Source: Saprolegnia diclina VS20
Taxonomy: Eukaryota
DNA: 64,000 nucleotides
Reading direction: 5' to 3'
NCBI RefSeq assembly: GCF_000281045.1
Contig: NW_008246094.1
Location: forward strand, 227,261-291,260
Position numbers and translations under genes: made by a program. The notes beneath the pieces are model-generated. The model was not told the DNA's origin, searched no databases, and was given only the letters and a program-made list of their open reading frames with translations. How positions within the stretch are numbered: the stretch's first letter is position 1; each line of letters begins with the position of its first letter. Positions 13,014 to 23,578 of the stretch are shown piece after piece.

Positions 13014-13095
13014 TGTCAGCGGCGGGATGTGAACCCGCGAGTGCGAACACACTAGAACTTGAGTCTAGCACCTTGGACCGCTCGGTCACAAGGAC
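13014..13095 (-). tRNA. tRNA-Leu(CAA), probable pseudogene or aberrant copy
   Basis: Minus strand GTCCTTGTGACCGAGCGGTCCAAGGTGCTAGACTCAAGTTCTAGTGTGTTCGCACTCGCGGGTTCACATCCCGCCGCTGACA. Anticodon stem CTAGA/TCTAG with CAA, long variable arm, downstream TTTT. The acceptor stem has mismatches and the T-loop is TTCACAT. Confidence 0.85.
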
Positions 13096-13924
13096 TTTGC
13101 CATACTACATGACTATTCCCATATTCTTTAGATGGAAATTCGAATAAAATGAAGACACTAAATGCAAACAATAACCACAACATTGGACGTGGGCATGTAG
13201 TGTACCCGAAGAGAGCTCTCCTCACTCGCGCCAATGTCGTTTAGCACCCGAACAACCCAGTGAGACAGCATTACGAGCAGGGTACCTTCCAGGCACGGCG
13301 TTATCCGGATATCTCCGGATAATTTATGTACAGTACATGTACTAGAAACCGGAAAATAATGCAGCGCTGGATAAGCAGCTTGATACAATGAAAAAAGCAT
13401 TGCACTCGGGCGCCTGGAACAGCAGGTGCCCCACAAGATTATTGATACCTTGATACTCCAGAACATCACGCTGCAAGGGCGAACATCCGGATATGTATCC
13501 GGTCGACTAAAATCACCCAAATGAGTCTTTCTGACTGGCTCCTGCAGGGTCGTGGAACAAGACAGCGCCGCTTCTCGTGGATTTTGGAACGTGAAGAAAA
13601 GAATTCTGCAAACGAATGGCACGGTGTTATCAGCGAATGAAACATCAAGCTTGACCGTTTCCGGATAATAATTACCTTTTCTGGCTATTTATTTATTGCA
13701 CTCTTAACAGCCGAGTGCAGCGACTCGTCGTCTCGCGCCCATTTTTGCCACTGAGCCACAAGTTTCTCCAAGGTACCATCCGCAACACGTATACACTTGA
13801 CGATCACCACTGGTGATTTCACTATCTTGAATGGCTTCGCACCCCCGATATTCGTATTTATTCCGTTATTATTCCTTACAAGGCGGACTCTGCCCATTCG
13901 CTCCGACCACCTCAGAGAAGCTCC

Positions 13925-13973
13925 CTTGGCAAATTTGTCTCTTGGCAAATTTGTCTCTTGGCAAATTTGTCTC
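13925..13973. repeat. Perfect 16-bp tandem repeat x3 (CTTGGCAAATTTGTCT)
   Basis: Read directly; no spacers. Confidence 0.95.
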
Positions 13974-14103
13974 GCACAGGTGCTTTGCTCGTCGCCGAAA
14001 TCCATAGGTTGAAACAACTTGATTGGTTGCGTGCAACTAGACTATCAACCTGCTGCAAGTTGAAGCAGGTGCCCTACATGATCAGTGTGCAAACGACTCG
14101 ACC

Positions 14104-14433
14104 ATGCATCCAACGACCTCTGCGCTCTGCGACCGCCTCCTCTACAGCTCGGACGACGACAGCGACGACCATTTGACGACTGTCGCCACCAAGTCGCTCG
14201 GCGAACTGCTAGAGATTCCGCTCGACCTCCCGCGCGACTCGCCGCAAGCCGACCGCCGGCCCGCGCTCGAATGCCCCGTCTGCCTCGACGCGGTCTGCAA
14301 GCCCGTCGCCACCAAGTGCGGCCACGTCTTTTGCGACGAGTGCCTCATGCAAGCGCTGCAGCGCGCCAAGCACAAGTGCCCCGTGTGCCGACGTCGCGTG
14401 ACCCGCAACCAGCTCCTGCGGCTCTTTATTTAA
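14104..14433 (+). CDS. Small C3HC4 RING finger E3 ligase (RNF4/Slx8-like C-terminal RING); 5' end uncertain
   Basis: CPVC-x11-CGHVFCDEC-x11-CPVCR followed by LLRLFI*. Confidence 0.85.
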   Translation: MHPTTSALCDRLLYSSDDDSDDHLTTVATKSLGELLEIPLDLPRDSPQADRRPALECPVCLDAVCKPVATKCGHVFCDECLMQALQRAKHKCPVCRRRVTRNQLLRLFI

Positions 14434-14437
14434 GCAC

Positions 14438-17400
14438 TCAACTACCATAGTAGCCATTCCAGTTGAGCTGCAAGAGCAAGTCCTACGCGACGCATGGCAC
14501 CGCCCAACCAAATGCTGCAAACGTACCTCGACAAACGCCGACGCATGGCCGTCGCACTCGCGCTGATGCCGCAGCGCATCGCAGAGCGCGATTGCGTCGC
14601 CGTCATGGTCCTGCGCTGCATCCAGCACGTGCAGCAAGAGCTCTTTGGTGTGGTCAGGTGTAGCGATCGACCCGAGCTGCAGCTGCGTGCACATGATCGA
14701 GAGTCGCGTCAAGCACGTTTGCACTGCCGTCTGCACGGCGGCCGCGCCGCGGGTTAGAAAACACCTACTCCAACCGGGGTTCGAAGTGCGCATTTTCACA
14801 AGGTATACCGCGCCAGGAGAGTCGCCACGTAGGCGTCGTGGCGTGCCTGCAGGGCCATCGTGTCAGTTGCTGTCGCCACGGCCTCGCGGAGCGCATGCCA
14901 CTCATGAACGAGCACCTAATTTGCATCGTCGCCCAGTAAGCGGTACCCTCTGCTACCTGGGACGTGTAGCTGTGCAACGTGGCAGCGACGTGGTGCTGAC
15001 AGTAGAGCGCGCGATCGATCGCCCGACGCTCTTGCAGCGCCAGCTGCACGCGCGTGAGCAGCCAGCGCAAGCGGCGGCGAGCGTTGTGGAGTTGGGCCAA
15101 CGTCGCTTTGAGTTGAAAGAGGAACCGGTGGACCTCGACGTACTTGGCCACCGCCGACGGCGGTAAGAAGAGGGTGAGGGCGTCCGGCATGACGTACGTC
15201 GGCGTCAGCGTCACAACAAAGGACGCAACCGACACACTCATCGCATGCGGCGCCAGCACTAGAAGCACAACGTGTCCGATGAACACATAAACTGTACGAC
15301 GTACGGGACGTGAGCGTCGACGACGACGCGTAGGCAAAGCGCCCGGGCACCCGCGGTGTGTACGAAGCCTCGGTCATGGCACTCGCCATCGCGTCGTTGA
15401 GCACGTCAGGCGCGCCCCACTGCACTTTGGCATGGTCCAGACCGTCCACCACAGTTTTGATAAACATGTCGACCCAGAGACCTACAATACTCCACATCAC
15501 CAAAGCGGCGAGCCAAGTGCGCACCGCCCGAGAGGAGCATGGTGTCATGCAAGGTCGCGAGGTGGTCGACCAACCGCATGTCGTCCCGGAGGGCGTCGAG
15601 GGCGACGGCGCCGACGAGCGCCCGGAACCCGCGGATCGGTGCATCGAGGCTTGCGACAAGTAGCGTGTCGATCGGCGCAAATGCATCTGGCTAAACCCCG
15701 CAAAATGTTAGGTTTTCGCGCTTTTTTCCCAACATTTTCAGCTTTTTTCAGCATTTTCAGAGGTGCAAACTCGACGTACCTCGTGGCCGAGCAGCTGCGT
15801 GTACAGGGCGGCCATCGTCGCCATCTCGAGGGGGGCGACCGTGCGCGGAAGAAGCTCGGTGCTCGCGTACGCCTGCGCCATGGACGCTCGCGCCAGCTTC
15901 CATTGCAGCCACTGGCGGGACGTGCGAGGTGCGTCGGCCGTCGACGGCACTGATGGACGCTCACGGTCGACGGTGCCGCCCGTGGTAGGGCCGCGTAGCA
16001 GCGCGCCGACCGAGTCTTTGCCGCCGCCCGCCGGCTGCAAGATGCGGACGCTCGATTTGGCCATCGACAACGACGTGAACTGTGCGTAGAGCGTGTCGGC
16101 GACGTCGTTGCCATCGCCGCCGGGCGCTTGCTGCACGCGCACCTGACTGCGTATGGACGCCACGTCGTTGTCAGGACGACGCGTCGTGTCCAGGACGTCG
16201 GCCATGTCGTCACTGACGCCGCCAGGTGCCGACGAGAGCACGCGAACACCCGGCCGGTACGACGATTCGGTGGCGTCGGCGCCGGCGTAGAGCATGTGCC
16301 ACATATCCGAGCCGCTCCCGCCCGGCTCTTGCGAGACTTTGACCTGGGATCGCAGCGGTCGCGCCGTATCGTCGTCGTCGGTGCTCGGGTAGAGAAGCGC
16401 GGCGGCGTCGCCACCGCCACCGCCGGGCACCTGCAGCACCTTGATTCCTCGTACGACGGCGGTTAGGGCTGCGTCGGTGCCGTATATAGCGTCGGCTGCG
16501 TCATCGCCACCGCCGCCGGGTTCTCGCAAGACGCGCACCGACGCCACCTCGTCGCACGTTGCGTTTGCACCCTCGTAGAGTGCGCTGGCTGCCGCGTCGC
16601 CGCCGCCACCGGGGACGTGGAGCACCTTGATCGTCGCCACGAGGTCGTCGACCGCGGTATCGCCACGGTACATGGCCTCGGCCGCCTGCTCACCGCACCC
16701 GCCGGGCGCTTGCTGCACGCGAATATGCGCAAACGACGCAGCGAGCGCGTCGTCGTCGTCACGATTGCCGTAGAGAATGTGCTTGGCGTCGTCGCCACCG
16801 CCACCCGGCGCGCGCAACACCCGCACCGAGCTCGATGCACCTGTCGTGCTTTCGGTAATCGGGATAACGACACCGTCGCTGTGTCCACCCGGTGCCTGCA
16901 GCACTTTGATGCGCGTCACTGGGACCTCGCCACTCGACGCGCCGCTGTCTTGGCGGGATGTAGCCGCAAGCAAGTCGTCATAGGGATGGCTCGTGGAGGC
17001 TCCTTGCGTAGCTACACATTGTTGCAATTCGAACTGACATCGAAGAGACGCCAATACCGTGCAGCCACGTGGCAGCATCTGCGCTCAAAAGCGCGTCGAG
17101 CTGGAGACTGGCGACTTGCTTGCGCGCCAGCCGGGCTTGTCGCCAGAGCTGCACGCGGTGGCGGTGCTCCGCGCGCTCCATCAAATCGGCGTAGCTACAG
17201 ACAACCGCTTCATTGTGTTGCCAACCACAAGAGCGGCGTACATGGCCACGATGGTATCCTTGTCGGTTGCAAACTTGGCTGCGTCGCGGGCGGCTTGCGC
17301 GTCTGCCGCGCGCGCGTCGTCGGCTTGGACTTTGGCGGCCGTTGCACGCGCCAGCGTCGCGTCGGCCGCGATCTGCGCATCGAGCAGCTCTTTCTGAAGC

Positions 17401-20050
17401 GCTTGGCGCGCTTTGCGCAGCTGCTTCTGCCGCAATGCGTCCTAGATGAGCGGTATACCCTCTGCGATCGTGCCGTGGTGCGTACGTCCAAGGCCGACGT
17501 CTTGGCGCGTTCATCCCGCGGCGCACGCTGCATGGCCACGATGGCATCAGCGAGCGCCTGCAGTCGTGCCTGCTTGAGTGTCGCGACGCGGGCTTGGCAC
17601 GCATCGAGGTGCGCTGCATGGCGCGCTTGGGCGGCTTGGATCGCGACGATGCTGGTCTCGATGCGCAGCGGCTCATACGTCGCCTATACGCTGGCATGAG
17701 CATGTCTTGACCGACCAGCGTACGGTGAGTAGGCCGTAGAGCGTTGGCGCCATGGCCTGGACAAGCCGAAGGAGGGTGCGGGACTCGGCAATCGACTCGA
17801 CCCATCTGTCGTACTTGGCCAAGCAGTGCGGCAAGCGCTACGTACCAAGCGTGCTTAGAACGAGCCTCACCGAGACAACAACGTACGCCGTCCAGTTCTT
17901 CGTCGCCGACGAAGAGCGCGCGCGAGAGCGATGCGAGGTACGGTGCACTGAGCGCTGTAAAGAGCCACATGTACAGCGTCGTCGTCGGCGGCGCGCAGAT
18001 CTGGCCGAGCACGAGCTTGTCGTACACGTGATCGAGAAACGCGCCGTCCGATGACGGCAGCGCGTCAAGCACCGGTCGGCCAATCGCATCGGCGTACTCG
18101 CACGGGCCGACCCAGAGCGTGTCGTCGTCACAGCAAAACACGGACGCCATGACAGCGGCGCCATCACAGAGCGCCCGCGTCGTCGTCAGCAGCGCAAGCA
18201 CGGTCGGTGCGTGGACGTCGAGCAGATACGCCTACGCCGCATCGATCCACGCTACAAGTAGGGCGACGAGCGTACTTGCTGCGCCGCCAAGAACGTATGC
18301 AGGCACTCGGCCAGCGCCAGCCGCTGCCGACCGCACAGTGCGTCAGCCAGCGCTTGTAAGCGAACGACGTACGTCGCGGTCGTCGCCAATGTCTACGGCA
18401 CATCCTACAGCGTAAGTGGACGCGGAAGAGCCGACTCTACCGTCAAAAGCGATCGCAAATTGCGGGAGACTGCGCCGTGCAAGCGCAGCTCCTCCGACAC
18501 AACGCACATGCTCATGGTGTCCCGCCGCACGGCGAACAAGTCGGACGGCGTGCCTTGCAGCGCCAGCAGCACGGCCTACGCAGCGGTCATCCCCATATAC
18601 GCCAACATTGGCTCGTACGTCGATGACGCGGGTCGCGTGGACGCGCACGACATGGCACAGCGCGTCATGCCCGCCGTACACGTCCTCTTCGTACAGACCG
18701 CGGCCGAGTCGAAGCATGCTCCGTGGCGTGGACGTTGAGGTGTGCGGACCAAGCTCTTCCCACGCCGACACGCCTGTCCGTCCTGTTGGTATCGCAGTCT
18801 CGGCGCTGGCCTCGCACCACAGGTCTCTCTCGGGCGACGAAGTGATCGGGATGTGCACAGTGCGCTGCTGCTGCGAAAAGAGCAGCTCGGGCGCGTCCCG
18901 CGGTGTACTCGACGCTATCGGCTTGGGTCGATGGCGCGGCTGTGGTCCTTGAAGCCGCTTGGGCATGAGTTCGTGGCCCGTCCTACACTGCTCCGTTAGC
19001 ACTGACTCGAGACGCAAAGAGGACAGTGCGACGTACAAGAGCGCGCTTTGGACCATGTCGGGGGCGGTCTCGGCCAGCGTCGGCAGCGCCATCGAGATCT
19101 ACCAACCCTGTTTGTCCGGCTGGTGACAGGCAGATGCGGCGACGCACCTCGAAGCGCTCGAGCTGCGCGTCCGACCGGTGAAAGGTCGTGTGGTGGAGTG
19201 CGCCAAAGAGCGAGGACGGCGCTGTCACCTGGTCACGCCACACGTCGCTCTGCACATCGCTCTTGCCCGGCACGGCCGTGAACGCCGTCACAAGTGCGTC
19301 CCTAAGCAGGGCGAGATGGTGACATGCATCGAGTGGCAAGAATGACACACGCCTCGTCATCGTTGGCCACGAAGGGCGTGTCGCCATAGAGACGTGTGGG
19401 ATCGACAAGGAGTCCAACGTTGCTTTGGACGATGGCCTCGCCGCGGCGCAGGTTGGAGATCGTGTTGGGCGTCGTGGGCTGGGCGCGCAAGAGCTAGGAC
19501 GGTCACCCATTATCATCCACTGCCAGATGTAGGTGCATGTACTTGAATCGTAGATGGGCCGAGGCAGCACTCGGTAAAGGTCGTTCCATCGTGACCGCCC
19601 GCGAGCGCGAGGAGGACGCGGAGCACGCCCGGCATGTCGATGGTCGAGGCAGCCAGGCGACGCTCTGCACAGCATAGGTGTTATCGATGGGAATGACAAG
19701 TGGAAGCGCGTACCATGCAGGCAGGAATCGACGATGGCCTCGATGCCATCCGCCATGAGCGCCCTATGCAAGTGATGCCGATGAGCCATCGTCGCGGTGC
19801 ATGCGTCGTACAGGTCGCGCTCGCGAAGGCAGTAGGCTAACGACGCCGCCTTGCGCTGCACGTGCGCTTGGGCCATGTCGGCGACCACGATCTCGCTGGC
19901 CGTCGCGAGCTAAGGCGGAGATGACGCTTCAAGCTCGACAGTGTAGAACGTACATGCGTAAAGAGCAAGACGTCCATCTCGTGGCGGACGTCGCGCAGCC
20001 GGCGGCATGGCACAGTCGGCTACGTAGCGGTGCATGAGGTACGAGGCCAT
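14438..20050 (-). CDS. Gamma-tubulin complex component, GCP6-like (Spc97/Spc98 family), multi-exon
   Basis: GRIP2-type motifs (LTLFLPPSAVAKYVEVHRFLFQLK; spliced C-terminus DLLLQLNWNGYYGS*), GRIP1-type LFTALSAPYLASLSRALFVG, and a central coiled coil plus repeat insertion as in GCP6. Confidence 0.75.
15990..16920 (-). repeat. About 10 coding repeats of ~31-33 aa, consensus [IV][RK]V.Q.PGG.G.D....LY
   Basis: Counted in ORF 15738..17078, e.g. IKVLQAPGG, VRVLRAPGGGG, IRVQQAPGG, IKVLHVPGGGG, VRVLREPGGGG. Confidence 0.92.
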
Positions 20051-20530
20051 TCGTTCCTCTGAGCTACCTCGGCCAGCGTCCGCAGCTGCTGGACGAGCCC
20101 GACGACGCTCCGCTCGTGCATGGCTGGCGTCTTTATCCGGAGAATTCGGATACCGACGGGTTAAGTAGCGTGGGTTTAGACACATCAACTTCAAGCCAAG
20201 AACGTGAGCCATTTGCATGAAGATCCTTACTGCTCGGGTTCTCGAGCTACGAGCCCCTTACCTTAAGGGGCTCTAGACCTTTGTTAAGGTGATCAAGGGA
20301 CCAAGGACTAGAGTCGAGATGGACGGCCTTGCTATTATACTAGTAGCTCATTGGATGATTGAGTTCGAAATGTGCCTATTTTTAGCCAATCCGTGACAGT
20401 AACGTTCGTGGTACACCCCCTACTCTCGTCTCCGCCGCGCAACTTGATGACTGTATTGGCCGATTTAAGAGGGGCCCCCTAGACTGCTCACCTCGCGCTG
20501 GCTCATTCGCTTCGCGGTTCATGACGAAAG

Positions 20531-23500
20531 ATGTCGGAGGAAGGAACGTCATCATCGCAAGCGCGAAGCCGATACCGTAAGAAGCCAGCGACCAAAGGTA
20601 GACGCTGTATGTGAGCAGTCGCTCATGCAGGTCGTAGTCGACGACGCTGCCGACCCGCGGCTGTACGTGCCGGCGGCCCCGCCCAAGACGACGCCCCGCC
20701 GCAAGCCCACCAAGCAGACCAAGAAGATTAAGGAGAACGAGCTCGCTGACCGCATGCAGCAAGCCATGTCGATGGACGACCACGAGATCGTTGAGTCGCG
20801 CAAGAGCCGCGCCACGCATCTGCAAAAAGATCGCAAGCACCGCAAGACGACCGAGGACGAGCGCAAGAAGCGCGAGCATGCGCAAGCGCTCATGATCCAG
20901 CGCGTCGAGAAGGAGACGGTCGAGAAGCTCGTGCGCGCCGAAGTCATGTTTTCGCTCTTGCAGGAGCACAAGCAGACCAAGCCGCCGACCAAGACCACGT
21001 AAAGCGCCTTGAACCCATGCCAATATGCTCACCGTCGTGCACGTAGCTCGCCGACGACGCATGCAACAACCCGCCCGCACGACGAAGGGTATCCGTTTGG
21101 CTTCAACCCTGCGGGCATGCAGCCCGATGAGCTGCTGTCGCTCCTCAAGCGCTGGGAAGAGCACTTGAAGCGTCTCCTCGGGTCGCCCCGCACGTACGCT
21201 ACCTTGTCTCGCCTGCGCTCAAATGGTCTAGGCCGCAACCGTACGCGATCGTCAGCGACCACGAGCGTGGCATCAACTGCCTTCGCTTGGCGAGCCGCGA
21301 CGCCTACGTCGAGCTGCTGCTCCGCCACCCCGACACCGCCCGGCGCATGGTACGACACACGCTCTCCTTCGTCACGAGTCGCTCATGCCATCCGTGTCTC
21401 AACAGGACGTCAACGAGCGCCTCTGGATGAATTGGTACCGCGAGATCGACGTGGCGCAAGCTGCGTTCCGGGCCAACGGAGCGTCGCTGCCGGTGCGTGA
21501 TGCGCTCTCCGCACTCCTCGCCACGTGCACGAGCTTCTACCACAAGCTGCTCGGTGCGCTCCAAGCCGCGTCGGCGGCGCCGCTCTTCGTGCATGCGACG
21601 CTCGTCGCGCTCGGCGACCTCTCGCGGTATGCGCAAGGCCTCTTGCCCAAGGGCAGCCGCAACTGGGCGCTGGCCGGTGTGCACTACAAGGAAGCGCTCT
21701 TGCATTCGCCGTCGAACGGCAAGGTCTTCAACCAGCTCGCGCTTCTCGCCCTGCACAACAACAACAGCTTTGAGGCGTGCTACCTCTACGCGCGCAGCCT
21801 CGCCGTCACGACGCCGTTCCGCGCGCGCGACAACTTGATCACGACGCTCGCCAAAGCCGAAGAGGTCAAGCCGCGCCGCGAAGTGGACGGCCTCGGCGTC
21901 TTCAAAGCGCGCTTCTTGGTCGGCGCCTCGGTCCTCTACTCGGGCGTCGACGTGGTCGCGCGCGCCGACTTGTTTGCCGATTGCATCGACTCGCTCGCCG
22001 TCGTTCCATTTGGCGGCGCGTCCGCAAGCTCCCTCTTGCTGCAGACCACGCTCTTTGCCTTGTTTCTCGTCCACAACACCCAGGTATCAATCTATCAATC
22101 GATCAATCGATCTGCTACGCGTGGATACTGATGGCATGGGGTGTAGGTTGCGATCGGGAGCCCCGGGATTCAAGACCCGTGCTTTGACACCGAGTGGCGC
22201 CGTTGGCGGGACCACGAAGTCGTGCACGTTGCGCTGCGCTTGAGCTTTGGCCTGACGAGCGGGCTGCTGCAAGCGATGGCGCGGTCGCCGACCGACGCGG
22301 TCCTCCAGACGTGTTTGCCGAGCGTCACGATCTTCCTCGACTGGCTGCGCAGCCACGCGTGGTTTCTCGAGTTTCGAGATCCGAGCGTCGACGCGCTGCA
22401 AACGTCGCTACTGCAGCTGTTGCCGGTGCTCCACGCAAAGAAGGACCCGCTCGTGCATGATCATTGGGACGGCCACCGGGCGCCCGTGCCCGAAGACCTC
22501 GAGCTCCGCGGTTTCCTTCCGTGCGCGGCTGCGCTCCACCGCCGCGTCGGCTCGGACAACCGCCTCGTCGACGTGCAAAACGCGCCGTTGTCACTCTACG
22601 TGGCGCGCGTCCTCGGCTTTCTCGATCTTGCGACCGACCTCGACTGGATGAAGCTGCCAATGGCCGCAGCGCGCGTGCCACCGTCGCTCTCGGTGGTGAC
22701 GGCTCTCGACCGGCTCTGCCCGCAGTGCTCCAACTCGATTGTACGGTTGCCCTGCGGCTTTTGCGGCTACGACAGCGACGACGACGACGACGACGACGAT
22801 GCATCGATCGAAGCGGAAGTGGCACCCCGCGTCTCGGCGCGCGCGCTCACGCCTGGTCGTGGCGTCCTTGCCAACGTCAACCTCAACGTCACCAAGCCTC
22901 CGAAGACAAAGCGCCACGCCTCGCACATGCGGCACCGGTCGGCACCGACCTTTGCCGGTGGCGGGTACGCGTCACCGAACGACCCCAAGTGCCTCATCGT
23001 CGTCGACGCGGCCAACGTGGCCATGCGGCACGGTCTCAACGCGCGCTTTTCGTGCGCCGGCATCCGGCTCGTCTTTGACTATTACATGGCGCGCGGCCAC
23101 AAGGTGCTGGCGTTCTTACCCGACTACCTCCTCCGGTACGAGTCGGTGGGCGCGCAAAAGCGCATGGCGGGCGCGGGCTACGACGTGAGTCCGAGCAAGC
23201 TCCCGGACGACGTCGGCTTGCTTCAAAGTATGGTGCTCGAAGGGACCGTGATTGCGACTCCGCCGCAAGACTACGACGACTCGTACTGCATCCAGTACGC
23301 CGGGCGCCATGACGGCTGCGTCGTCACCAACGACCTCTTCCGCGACCACGTCGACGGTCTCCAGGGCAACGGCCAGACAAAGGCCGCGATGCGCCAATGG
23401 CTCTCAGCGCACTGCATCTCATTCACGTGGGTCGGCGACGAGTTCTTGCCCAACCCCGACTTTCGGTGCGTTCTTTAATTGCCGTCGACTCGTTCTTCAA

Positions 23501-23568
23501 TGTCTGTGGCGATTTCTGAAATGGCTCGTAGGTTTCCCAAACCCGCGCCGCTCGACGATGCCATGTAG
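20531..23568 (+). CDS. EST1/SMG5-7-type TPR domain fused to a C-terminal Zc3h12a/Regnase-type NYN ribonuclease (SMG6L-like), multi-exon
   Basis: LGDLSRY...YKEALLHSPSNGKVFNQLALL...YLYARSLAVTTPF (EST1 TPR). IVVDAANVA...DYDDSY...VVTNDLFRD...FTWVGDEFLP (NYN with acidic residues intact). A CPQC...CGFC cluster lies in the linker. Exons can be joined by short GT-AG introns; the last exon is inferred (unspliced stop at 23478). Confidence 0.8.
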
Positions 23569-23578
23569 ATACTGATCA

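Noticed and set aside
13925..13973. 16-bp repeats here and at 39143 as CRISPR-like arrays
   Set aside because: Head-to-tail with no spacers, no cas genes, eukaryotic context.
14438..20050. Frame changes in the GCP6-like gene as pseudogenisation
   Set aside because: The ones I checked are explained by short GT...AG introns.
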